This document shows, piece after piece, positions 11,740 to 23,553 of a stretch of DNA of 51,187 nt (position 1 is its first letter; each line of letters begins with the position of its first letter). The translations under genes were made by a program, and so were the position numbers. Under the pieces are notes generated by a model. It was not told where the DNA came from, did not search any database, and worked only from the letters and a program-made list of their open reading frames with translations. The DNA lies in contig NC_068986.1 of NCBI RefSeq assembly GCF_001194135.2, positions 58,238,810 through 58,289,996 on the forward strand, in the 5' to 3' direction. The stretch comes from Octopus bimaculoides. Its lineage: Eukaryota.

Positions 11740-11962
11740 GTCAAGCGATGTTGGGGAGATAAACAGAGACACATAAACACACACACATATATATATATCC
11801 GACGGACTTCTTTCAGTTTCTGTCTACCAAATCCACTCACAAGGCTTTGGTCGGCCCGAGTCTATAGTATAAGACACTTGCCCAAGATGCCACGCAGTAG
11901 GACTGAACCTGAAACCATGTGGTTGGTAAGCAAGCTACTTACTACACAGCCACTCCTGCGCC
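11740..11962 (-). mobile_element. tRNA-derived SINE family A, 5' half
   Basis: The minus strand starts GGCGCAGGAGTGGCTGTGTAGTAAG (A-box-like) ... GGTTCAGTCC (B-box-like), followed by the body CTTGGGCAAGTGTCTT...GGGCCGACCAAAGCCTTGTGAGTGGATTTGGTAGAC. Confidence 0.9.
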
Positions 11963-12254
11963 TATAAAATGATCAAATGTTTTAATCAATTTTCATACCT
12001 CATCAGGGGCGAGTTACAATTAAAACACTAAGCTCTCAATAACCCAGTCTCTCTAGTTGTTTAAATATACAATGAACAACTCGCTGCTATAGCACGCTTT
12101 GGTAATATTCTAAACTTGTAAAGTGTTTTCGCTGGTTTGTTATGTTGTGTTGCAATGGACTTCACTTATGACAGGAATGTTAACAACGCATTGATATTTT
12201 CAGTCTTATCACCATCCTCCGTGAACAGATTAAAAATAGTGATAAAAAAATATT

Positions 12255-12466
12255 CTTTTCTACTCTAGACACAAGGCCCGAAATTTTGGGGGAGGGGACC
12301 AGTCGATTCGATCGATCCCAGTACGCAACTGGTACTTAATTTATCGACCCCGAAAGGATGAAAGGCAAAGTCGACCTCGGCGGAATTTGAACTCAGAACG
12401 TAAAGACGGACGAAATACCGCTAAGCATTTCGCTCAGCGTGGTAAAGTTTCTGCCAGCTCACCGCC
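12255..12466 (-). mobile_element. SINE family B, full-length and relatively young, with ~19-bp TSD
   Basis: Complete head-to-tail copy. Flanks ATAGTGATAAAAAAATATT (12236-12254) and ATAATGATAAATAAATATT (12467-12485) differ at 2 positions. Confidence 0.92.
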
Positions 12467-13749
12467 ATAATGATAAATAAATATTGAGACTAATGCTATT
12501 GACCAGAGATAAACAATTCAACGAGTTTGGTTCATAGCTGGCTTTGAATTTTGATTAGAGTCATTTCCAGTTCAATCTGAATTGAATCTTAAGACGCAAA
12601 GAAGCGGCTAAAGAGTGGTTATTTCATGACCTAAGTTCTTTGAAGTCTTTCATATCCCAAATAAAATAAAATGAAGCAAATACAGAAACTGCTGACTTAT
12701 AATCACCTTAAATATTGGTTTCTTATGTAAGCGTAAGGTTACAAATTTGAGGAAAAGTGGGAAACCATCGATTATGCGACCCGACACAGTATTGATAAAG
12801 ATAAGTATTTGGTACCATATATTTATTAATTTAGGAATGATGAAAGACCAAGTTCACATTAACACGACTTGGACGCAGCCCATAAAAGACCATGACTACT
12901 ATCTAGTTAAATATTATTTGGATCAACTTACTGTAAAATCCTATCTATAATACGTTACCATTTAGTTTATATAAAATGAAAAATTAAAAAAACTAAAACA
13001 GCGGAGTATAGCAGATGACGCAACAGTGTGTTATATGCTGCATTGATGGTTTTAAAGACAATTTTGGGACCAAATTGTCTTAAAACCTTCAAAGATTTTA
13101 TTTATATAACATTCAGTGTTGCATGACTACTGCTAGTGTAGATTATCTACTACTCTCTAATACATTAGTTTTTAATATTTCATTTTATATGAAATATTTT
13201 GATACATGATTTTTAAGAAAAATCTAAAAAATAAATAAAATTTACTAAATTATTTGTTTTTTAATAAAAATGGGTGAGGGAAAACCTTCCAGCTTAACAT
13301 CGTGAATATACATACATATAGGCACTCCTAATTTTAATCTTGATTTTGACATAAAAATGCTTATTATTCATGAAGTTTTACGGTAATTTAAGTACTGTAT
13401 AGAATATTCAATGCCACTAAAATATCTCCTGCTGCAGAGATTTTCTTATGGCTCAGAGCAGCTGTAGTAGTTTTAGTAAAAATGTGTTGCAGTATTTATC
13501 ATGTAAAAAATCGAGTCTTAAGAAAGACATATCTAAGGACAGTAAGTTGGTATGCCGTAGGGAAAAGAGGGTACTAACGATCTGACGACTTACCCTTTGT
13601 CACAGAGACAATAATTGGCAATCGCAGATTCCTATTGCCCCAGGACATCCATACATACACAAACTCATGAATGTACGCTATTTAGTTATGTTCCTTTGCG
13701 TTCTGAGTCAAGATTTGTATAGGGAAAGCTGTACGAAGAAGTTATTCGT

Positions 13750-13885
13750 TGTTGTTGCTTAAATTAAGGGAGCTCTAATCGAGCAAACCTTTAATCAAAG
13801 GTATTCCATCCATGACCATCCCATTCTTTCTTATGTGCAAGAAACCCAGTACCACATTATTCAACCTAAGCTTCTTTTTTTCTAA
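13750..13885 (-). repeat. Dispersed repeat family D
   Basis: TCAAAGGTATTCCATCCATGACCATCCC is the reverse complement of the GATGGTCATGGCTGG(AATG) motif at 37706 and 38138. Confidence 0.55.
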
Positions 13886-13914
13886 TAATAAGGCTACGTG
13901 CTTCACAACATTGA

Positions 13915-14020
13915 GTTACCCAGAGGTTAGGATTTTGGGTTCATGATCTTAAGATCATGGGTTGGATTCACAGGCCGGGCAGTGCAGTGTCTTTGAGCAA
14001 GTTGCTGCATTTCAGAGATA
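13915..14020 (+). mobile_element. Degenerate tRNA-derived SINE head (family C)
   Basis: GGTTAGG...TCATGATC.TAAGATCATGGGTTGGATTC...GTGTCTTTGAGCAAG: a tRNA-like head followed by CTTGAGCAAG-like sequence. Confidence 0.45.
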
Positions 14021-15286
14021 TGTTAACTTTGCACAAACTAGATTTCTTAGTCCTTTTTGTTTAAAAGCCGCTGTGACCTGAATATGCACCGGCCTAACGG
14101 CAAGTGGGATCAGATCAAACTTTAACTTGAGCCTTTCTGAGATGGTACAGCGTGATATGAGGGAGGTTACAATACTGTTTATGTCAAGTCGAACACGCAG
14201 AGACTACTTCGTTTGCTCGTTGCAGGAATGGAATGGGGAGAGTGATGAAGAAACAGAAATGGTAAAGCACCAGTCAAAAAATCTTACAGCATTTTTTAAA
14301 TATTATTCTTCTAAGTCCGTTCAAAGTTAAAATTTCGGAATGGCTAACTTTTAAAACTTTCAGTCCTTCCTTACTGAGATGATAAATTATTATCAGTCAT
14401 ATACGGGTCTCGATCCAATCAACAACTGGACATTCACTATGAATGTCACAGAAAGAAACCAGCATCATCACTGATAAGTGCCATGGTTCCGTTAGCTGCC
14501 GTCAAGTTGAGAACGCGACGTGGTTTCGATCCCGTTTCACTTTACTTGCCCCACTAAATAGCTCTAGTAAAGGTTAATAATCTTTTCTCCTAAAAACATA
14601 GCGCCTTTGAGGCTCATCAAATGAATAAGAAGACGAAGGAAATCGATATTAATCTTATATTGTTCTGAATATTTCTATATCCGATGAAATCATCATAGCA
14701 GAAACAACCGAAGATGCCATCAGCATCTCTTAGAAAGAAGAAACGTGAGAGAAATCACTGCGATGCTTTCCTACCTCTTTCCATTTTATGAACCTTGAGT
14801 TCTCTGACTTATGAACCAATACTAACTAAAAGACCTACCCATGATTTGAACAAAAAATAAATAAAAGATAATAAATAAATGAAACAAAGCAGCAACAACA
14901 AGAAACAAAAAGAAGGCAAAGGAAAAGAATACAACAAGATGTGAAATGGTATAATATGATTATGGTAAAATCGGAACATCAGAGCTATCAGAAATATATT
15001 GCTATAACTTGTTTGTAAAATACAGTTATATTCCATTAGTATTTATGACTTCCAATTTCTTTTATGGAATCCTTATAAAACTAATCGTTCTTTTTCTTTT
15101 TCTCTGTCTTATTTTGTTTCTGTTTTTATTTTTGTTTGTCTCTTGCTAAATGCGTAGGTTGCAAAGGTCAGTTTTATAAAAGCAATCTAAATGTGCAGGC
15201 TCTTTGTGATTTTTGTCTTAGGGTCACGTATACGACTTGGTCAGAAAGTCTTTACGTTTGACTACAAGAGTTGTTGGATATATATA

Positions 15287-15331
<45 letters not shown>

Positions 15332-15391
15332 ATATATACACATGCATGCATATGTATACACATATACACACATACATACATACACACACAC

Positions 15392-15424
<33 letters not shown>

Positions 15425-15707
15425 CATATATATATATATGTATATATATATGTATATATACATACATANNNNNNNNNNNNNNNNNNNNNNNNNNNNNNNN
15501 NNNNNNNNNNNNNNNNNNNNNNNNNNNNNNNNNNNNNNNNNNNNNNNNNNNNNNNNNNNNNNNNNNNNNNNNNNNNNNNNNNNNNNNNNNNNNNNNNNNN
15601 NNNNNNNNNNNNNNNNNNNNNNNNNNNNNNNNNNNNNNNNNNNNNNNNNNNNNNNNNNNNNNNNNNNNNNNNNNNNNNNNNNNNNNNNNNNNNNNNNNNN
15701 NNNNNNN

Positions 15708-15768
<61 letters not shown>

Positions 15769-16074
15769 CTTTCACTCAGTCTTCTTTTCTTTCTCTCTCG
15801 TTATAGTCAGTCATTCGTCCATTTAAAGAACTCGTCGCCTCTGTAACGATAGGCAAATGAATATGAGTGGGAGAGAAAGATAGGATGGTAGAGATGAATA
15901 ATGTGGGAATTCGGTGAGAAAGAATGAGTAAAGGAAGAGAAAGTAAAACGATATCGATGGAGGAAAGATTTTACTGAGAATAAATAACAACGAAAGAAAG
16001 AGAGTGCGAAGAGAGAGCAACAGAATTCCATGTTTGAGGAAGAGAAGCAGGCTAACAAGGAAGGAAGAGATAGA

Positions 16075-16078
16075 GATT

Positions 16079-16165
<87 letters not shown>

Positions 16166-16672
16166 AGGAAAGAAAGAAAGAAAGAAAGAAAGAACATTCA
16201 AAGGGGATATATTGCAGTATTAATAATAGTTGATGTAGAAATCGGCAGAAAAGTAAAATGAATGAAAGAAGAGGAAAGTATAAATGGTATAAGGAGATAC
16301 ACTGAAGGAGAGAGAAAGACTCAGAGAGCAAAAACAATGAGAGAGTAAGAAATTTAACGAGGTGGGATGGGGTGAGGGAAGAGGGTTTCTAGAAGGTTTC
16401 TCAGATCTTGGCGCTTTGGAATTCAGTTCACACATCTAGGTGGCTTAGGAGAAGCACGAGCGAGCCACGTTTGAGCCAAGTGCCATGCCGTTATGCACCG
16501 TTGGCAACAGCGTGAGCTTTTATCACCCGCTAACTGGCCACCATTAATGAAGATCCTATTATGATGTGAATGAAGTGTTGTGTCTTGTTGGTCAGAGAAA
16601 AGATAACAGGAAAGGTAGTGGGAGAAGAGAGTAAGGAGGAATAATGATAGATAGGTAGATGTGGAGAGGCAA

Positions 16673-16708
<36 letters not shown>

Positions 16709-16754
16709 TGAGAGAGAGAGAGAGAGAAAGAGAAAGAGAAAGAGAGAGAGAGAT

Positions 16755-16837
<83 letters not shown>

Positions 16838-17080
16838 AATTGAGAAATGGTAAACAAAGAGAGAAGACAGAAAATTATTATGAAACAGAAGAAACCACAG
16901 GAAGTAGTGGGAGATGATGGAAATAAAAAGGAAATGGAAAACGGAGAAGAAGAAGAAGAAGAAGAAGAAGAAGAAGAAGAAGAAGAAGAAGAAGAAGAAG
17001 AAGAAGAAGAAGAAGAAGAAGAAGAAGAAGAACAAGAAGAAGAACAAGAAGAAAAAGAAGAAGAAGAAGAAGAAAGACAA
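16075..17080 (+). repeat. Polypurine tracts (GA)n, (GAAA)n and (GAA)n around a ~250-bp unique island
   Basis: (GA)n/(GAAA)n at 16075-16192, (GA)n at 16670-16836, (GAA)n at 16946-17075. Confidence 0.95.
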
Positions 17081-17908
17081 ATAATGGAAGAAAGCAAGAG
17101 CCGATAGCCATTTGGTCATTCATGCACGACCGACTCTCTAATGCGGGACAGTAAGCATGACCATTGGCTGTGGAATGTCATCGGAATGGGTAATGATAAT
17201 AATGGTAATGGTGGTGGTAGCGCTAGTAGAGATGTGTTGGTGCAGCTGGTGATGATGATGTTAGTGATGCTAGTGACGTTATTGATGTTAATGGTAGCAA
17301 TGATGATGATGATGAAAGTCGATTATATTTGCTTGGCTCTTTCTCCGCCTACACCTCTTAATACACCCACCGCCTCTTTCTACATCACAAGCACTAAAAC
17401 AATACTGACTTTATATATCCGGTTAGCCGACTGGTAATTATGAAACCTTTCTGGTATTGGAGCGAAACTTTCGTCCGTTCGCGCTTTCGTCCTTTCGTTC
17501 ATTCGTTTGTTTAGTAAAAGCAATGCAATAGATTCCTCAAAACCTTTTCACTACCAACCACAAACTCATTTTTCCATACACGTCCAAGTCTAACTCCTCA
17601 CTCTCGTTTCTTTCTTACTACTTTCCTTTTTATTTATAGCTTAGCTTTGCTTTGGTTGTGTTCCTTCTCTCTCTGTTCCTCATCTTCCTCACTCTCTCCC
17701 TCTTGTTTTGTTATATTTTCTCCACTTTTCGATCCATTACCATCAAGTTTTGCAAAACGTACTTTCCGATGACTTAGACCATAACAGGACACTTTAGCTG
17801 ATGATAGTTTAGTATTGCTAAAACTAAACAGCACGCACCTGACACTCATTGATATCAAACCCTGAAAGGTTTTTCACTCACCTTCCCCATTACCTTTCCC
17901 TACCTATT

Positions 17909-17961
<53 letters not shown>

Positions 17962-19539
17962 GTTTAGATTGCTGGTTATCACTTTCATTCTAACAATTTC
18001 TTAAATTGTGTCATATTTAAAGCCAAGTCATAGTTTTATATGTAAATGCAATTATTATTTTTATACAGGAATTGCATTCGTTATTTGTGTGGAGTGAATT
18101 GTCTGAATTAATACATTTTTATTATTGCGCTTCTGTCCATTGTTTTGCTAGTTCAAACCAACTGACAACGTTGCTTGAGATCGAACGTTCAACTCTGTGC
18201 ATCTGAATTTATATATATGTTTTCGTTTGGGGGAAAATGGTTCAATAAATATCTTGGGTTGCATCCAAAGAAAGATTATTTGATCGATTGGCATTCGATC
18301 ACTGACCCATCGTTCATCGAAGATAGTTGACTTTCTATTTCCACCACTCGTCTTGCTTCTTGTTACCCTTGAATCCTCTCCCCACCATCCTCAGTTCTTT
18401 TTTTCCCAAAATATTGGCCCTTTTATTGCTCTTGTCTTTCCTGAAAGTGTTGACTTGTGACAGAATAAACAGAACATTAACAACACCAGGCTCACAGGTC
18501 TGCAAAGATAATGGGCACTGCCCTTCCTCTAGGCTCAGCAAGTAAGAATTATAATAAAGAAATCACCCTCTCAAAGATGGTTCTACGAATGAAAGAGCAT
18601 ATAACTGGATTATTTTTACACAGAGTAGGGACAGGGAATTTATAAAATTACAGTGAAGAAACACCTCGCATTATTCATTGACATCATTTTCCAATTAGAG
18701 TTCAAACCTTAGCGAAGTCATCGTCTTTGCTTTTCCGCCCTCCAGATGAAATGTACAGGCTTAATTTAAACAAGTGAGATTTAAAGCTCACTTTGTGGCC
18801 TTATGCCTATCTTACAGTTCTTTGTTACCAGACTCAAGACATTAGCCAAACTACAGACAGAGACAGAACAAATAACTCTACCTATTAGAAGTCTTCTTGC
18901 TGACTAATCTCAGTCCATAGTTGAATCTGTTTCCTTCAATTCTTTACATATGGTACTAACAGCACTCTTCCAAAAGCATAGATATAAAGATTTCCAAGAT
19001 CCTCTTCCCTAAAAACATCGCTTTTGTTCATGGAAAAACGTTTTAAAAAATTGGTGCAGGATTTGGAAACGTTATTTGTGATGTACACCAACTTGATGCT
19101 CTCTAGAACACTTCGTTTTGTCTCTCAGTTCGAACCAAAGTTGAAGGTATACAGGTATTTGATATTTTATTCTACTTCTTTAGGCTTGTGAATCGGCGGA
19201 TTTTTCAGAGCGTTGGATTAAATGTCTTGCCGCATTTAGTTACGTCCTTTTACGTTCCTAGTTAAATGCACTCAAGTTCAATTCAGCCTTTCAACTTTTA
19301 GGGCTCCATAAAATAAACAGTAATCAAATTCTGGGGTTCGACTTAATATTTTCCCGAACCACCTAGTTATGGAGACATACACAACGGTTATCAAGCGGCG
19401 CGGGTGGGACAAACAGTGGCACAAAAACACACAAGCAATCAGAAACACACCCACAAATGCACGCACATACATACTATGAGCGTCGCGGACTTTCAATCAA
19501 ATTGCATTTACAAAATACTGTTAAACTCGACGATATAAT

Positions 19540-19630
19540 AGGCAATTCTAGCAGAAGGTGATACGCAGTGGGGTTGAACTCAGATCCTTGCGGTTGTAAA
19601 GCTATCTTCGCAGTTATACAGTAACGCCTG
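19540..19630 (-). mobile_element. Old SINE family A head
   Basis: Minus strand ...CAACCGCAAGGATCTGAGTTCAACCCACTGCGTATCACCTT aligns by eye to CAACCACATGGTTCCGGGTTCAGTCCCACTGCGTGGCACCTT. Confidence 0.55.
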
Positions 19631-19889
19631 GGTTCCATACCCTGAAGATCATTACAAAAGAACGTGTAGAAAATCCATAGAAAAATCGATAACGAATCAG
19701 TGATTCGTTTCAAATGGGCATACTTCCTACCATCAACTACCACCCAACTACCACACGCAAACCCATGCATGAACACACCCCACATAGACACATAACATCA
19801 CACATACATACACATATACATTGACTGAAGTATATGTGCATACACACACACACACACATATATGTTAATATATGCATATGTATATGCGA

Positions 19890-19938
<49 letters not shown>

Positions 19939-19984
19939 CATGTATGTATATATGTGAGTATATCGCCATGTTTCAGTCGATCGG

Positions 19985-20140
19985 TGACTGATTGGCTATA
20001 TCGATGAATTGACTTGTGAGAAATTACTGGCGCCCCGCACTAGCAGATCTTTTGTTTAGTAACAAGTGTGAATAGTATCACGCCAGGCCAAAAGAGGGAG
20101 CTGTTATCGAACGAAAACATGGCGGCAACCCCGCCTTTTA
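19985..20140. promoter_or_regulatory. Candidate promoter/enhancer island (NF-Y CCAAT box plus YY1-like motif)
   Basis: CTGATTGGCT at 19988-19997 and AACATGGCGGC at 20116-20126, within a CpG-rich unique segment between (TA)n tracts. Motif match only. Confidence 0.25.
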
Positions 20141-20263
20141 ACTGCTGGCTTGTCTGATGCTGATCAAAACAATTTTTTCACATACACACCATGAACAAAG
20201 ATTTACATGCAGACAGCGGTATATAGAAGTATGCGTATATGAATGTCCATGTATGTACACTTA

Positions 20264-20306
<43 letters not shown>

Positions 20307-20830
20307 NNNNNNNNNNNNNNNNNNNNNNNNNNNNNNNNNNNNNNNNNNNNNNNNNNNNNNNNNNNNNNNNNNNNNNNNNNNNNNNNNNNNNNNNNNNNNN
20401 NNNNNNNNNNNNNNNNNNNNNNNNNNNNNNNNNNNNNNNNNNNNNNNNNNNNNNNNNNNNNNNNNNNNNNNNNNNNNNNNNNNNNNNNNNNNNNNNNNNN
20501 NNNNNNNNNNNNNNNNNNNNNNNNNNNNNNNNNNNNNNNNNNNNNNNNNNNNNNNNNNNNNNNNNNNNNNNNNNNNNNNNNNNNNNNNNNNNNNNNNNNN
20601 NNNNNNNNNNNNNNNNNNNNNNNNNNNNNNNNNNNNNNNNNNNNNNNNNNNNNNNNNNNNNNNNNNNNNNNNNNNNNNNNNNNNNNNNNNNNNNNNNNNN
20701 NNNNNNNNNNNNNNNNNNNNNNNNNNNNNNNNNNNNNNNNNNNNNNNNNNNNNNNNNNNNNNNNNNNNNNNNNNNNNNNNNNNNNNNNNNNNNNNNNNNN
20801 NNNNNNNNNNNNNNNNNNNNNNNNNNNNNN

Positions 20831-20870
<40 letters not shown>

Positions 20871-20871
<1 letters not shown>

Positions 20872-21259
20872 TATATACAATATACACACACACACATATA
20901 CATATCTGCATGTGTATGTGCGTACGTAAGCTTGTACGTATGTGTGTATGTATGTATGTATGTATGTATGTATGTATGTATGTATGTACGTATGTATGTG
21001 TATGTATGTATGTATGTATGTATGTATGTATGTATGTATGTACGTATGTATGTGTATGTATGTATGTATGTAGGTATGTATGTACAGATAGACAATGACG
21101 CTAAGATACACTCATCTAGAAAATCATATACATATTCTAGATTAGTGTATCTTAGCGTCATTGTCTATCTGTACATACATACATACATACATATATACAT
21201 GCTTACGTACGCACATACACATGCAGATGTGTATATGTGTGTGTGTGTATTGTATATAG
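20871..21259. repeat. Long inverted repeat (palindrome) with 13-nt spacer
   Basis: Inner unique stem: TACAGATAGACAATGACGCTAAGATACACT-c-ATCTAGAA pairs with TTCTAGAT-t-AGTGTATCTTAGCGTCATTGTCTATCTGTA. Spacer 21122-21134. The outer arms CTATATACAAT...CTGCATGTGTATGTGCGTACGTAAGC also match. Confidence 0.95.
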
Positions 21260-21260
21260 T

Positions 21261-23380
21261 ATCAACAATAGTGACAATAACAATAAGAACAACAACCACG
21301 ACGACAGTAACACCAGTAACACCCTACACTCTGTCTTCTATAACCCCAACAACAAATCATATGACATGACGAGGATCTACCCCACAGACTTACCCTTCAA
21401 CAAAAGGGTATGTATCCCACTACAGATTGACAGTGAGACAGAGGCAAATATTTCTTTAGCTAGAAATAGATTCTGACACATCTTAGACCGGTACAACAAA
21501 ACCACTAAAAAGCATAATGATTGGAAGACCCACCACCTCAGTTCATCTCTTACTAAAGGCCTATAAAAACTGGAACAGCGAATTAGGAACAGGGCGTTAG
21601 TGTACCTCCCTACAGACTGTTGATAGACAGCTCCTGGAACTGTGTCCAGACCACGCAACAATGCATCAGTAGTATGAGAGAAGTTGCACCACAGGAACAT
21701 GAAAGAATGGAAAAGTTCCTCAATCCACAAATGGGAATGTGGTGCAACATGTTCCAACCCAAGAAACAGACTGCACAAAATTTCCAAGCATTCAACAACT
21801 ATGTTCCTACGCTCTACGAGTTACGTAAAGACCATAAACCCTACGTAAACCCTGTTATGGGGCCCCCAACCCGACCAGTTTGTGGAGCGAATATCTTCAG
21901 CAATTATAGACTATCCTACTACCTCTCACAGGTATTACGACCATTCATTGAAATGTCCCCAATTGTCTGTGTGAGCACGGTGGGTCTCCTCAGTAGAATC
22001 AGTAGTTGTAACTGCTCGAACGACCTCACAGGTTGTGTAGTGGGTAGTATGGATGTAGTTTCACTCTACCCATCCATAGACAGATTTTTCTGCGGAAAAA
22101 TGTATTGAGATTATCTGTGAGTGTCAAATAGAGTTCCGTGAAGTCAACACAAGGGAACTGGGCCTCCTCCTTAAACTAAGTTATGACTGTAACTACCTAG
22201 ACAACCATGATCTTAGTAGATTCTGCCCCACCAGGTCACAGAGGGGAAGATCACCCACCATCACCTCGGTAGTGAAGAAAAGCACCACAGAGTGCTGGAG
22301 TGGCTGGATTATACCCCCCCCCCAGGACCCTGAGAACAACAGTCAGGTGAAGAGAAAGAAAGCAATGCAACAGGGGCTAGCATAAGAACCACCATGAAGA
22401 ACCACATAGTAAAGTTTAACAAGAAATAATACATGCAGATTCAAGGTGTAACCATTAGTGTCGGTGTGGCTGGAGATATAGCCGGCCTCTTCATGACCTG
22501 GTGGTACAGAAAACTTAAACAATCCGTAGGGGACCAATCCACAACTGTTTTGCTTTACTGTGGGCATGTAGACATTAATATTCTAGTTAGGACAAACTCT
22601 AGTAACAGTAATGTAGAAACCGGGATGAGCATAATGGAGAGCATCCAGCATGTAGTTAACTCCATCCGCCATAGTATCAAGGGAACTATAGATTACTCCA
22701 CTAGGCACCCTAATAATAGACTTCCTGTCCTTGATACTGAACTTTGGTTAGAGACTGTGTACAACAAAGTGCAGCTCCGCCACTCGTATTACATGAAACC
22801 CATAGCTTCTAAATATGTTGTTCACAAGAACTCAGCTTTGTCACACATGAAAATTAACATAATGATAGCAGACTTAATTAGGATAATGAACAACGTGTTC
22901 CCACTATGCAAACCCTATGAAACAAAGAAACATGTACAGAACTTCATGCACCGCTTGCAATTCTCCAGATATGATCAGAAATATAGAGTTCGGGTATACA
23001 GGAGAGCTAGAAAGAAGTTAGATTACATCATATGTGATGAAACCAGTGGTACCTGCCCTAGATATAGAAGTAAAGACTAGAATAGGATACAGAGAGTTTG
23101 TGACAAAGCAAACAGCGTGAACACGTGGTACAAGATCGACAAATATCAAGAAGTGCTGTTTGTAAAGGCCACAGCCCATAGAGAACTAGCCCGGAGGTTT
23201 AGAAAAGCTTTGAAGGAGGCAAAACTCAACATTAAGATCGTTGAAGAGCCAGGGAGCTTCATTAGATCACAACTCTGTAGGACGTACCCCTTTACCACAT
23301 GCACCAACGATAACTGCATATTATGTAAGATTAACCCTGGCATTAACTGTAGAACTAGAAATGTAGTCTACAGCATAACG
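21261..23380 (+). pseudogene. Penelope-like retroelement (Naiad-like RT, Cys-rich linker, truncated at the start of GIY-YIG)
   Basis: LVYLPTD; VPTLYELRKDHKP...GPPTRPVCGAN; VVGSMDVVSLYPSID; MKNHIVKFNKK*YMQIQGVTISVGVAGDIAGLFMTWW; damaged YVDD (LYCGHVDINI); NRLPVLDTELW; HSYYMKPIASKYVVHKNSAL; FMHRLQFSRYD; VLFVKAT...KIVEEPG...YPFTTCTNDNCILCKINPGINCRTRNVVYSIT. Several stops and frameshifts. Confidence 0.9.
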
Positions 23381-23445
23381 AACTTGCCTGAAATTTACAG
23401 GAGAGGTTTATATATAAATATTCGTAATTTCGTTATTAGCGTTGG

Positions 23446-23553
23446 AAGCAGCATTAGTTCAAAATAGCAATCTACATATTCTCAAAGTTGACATATTATT
23501 GAAAACCTGGTAAAGTATGAAATGCAGATTGCTGTTCTGAACTAATATTGTTT
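23446..23553 (+). repeat. Imperfect inverted repeat / 108-nt hairpin
   Basis: AAGCAG-c-ATTAGTTCAAAATAGCAATCT (23446-23473) pairs with AGATTGCTGTTCTGAACTAAT-a-TTGTTT (23526-23553), using three G-U pairs and two mismatches. Confidence 0.75.

Noticed and set aside
14226-14261. Possible 36-nt exon (ttgcag|EWNGESDEETEM|gtaaag)
   Set aside because: Splice-like signals only, no recognisable homology or partner exons; expected by chance. The same applies to 13595-13675(-) and 46078-46140(+).
17455-17485. ACTTTCGTCCGTT matches the 3' half of miR-278
   Set aside because: The seed (TCGGTGGG) is absent and no precursor hairpin is evident; likely chance.
23446-23553. SECIS element for the Naiad-like PLE
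   Set aside because: No AUGA/GA quartet in the stem, and the PLE is truncated before its 3' UTR.
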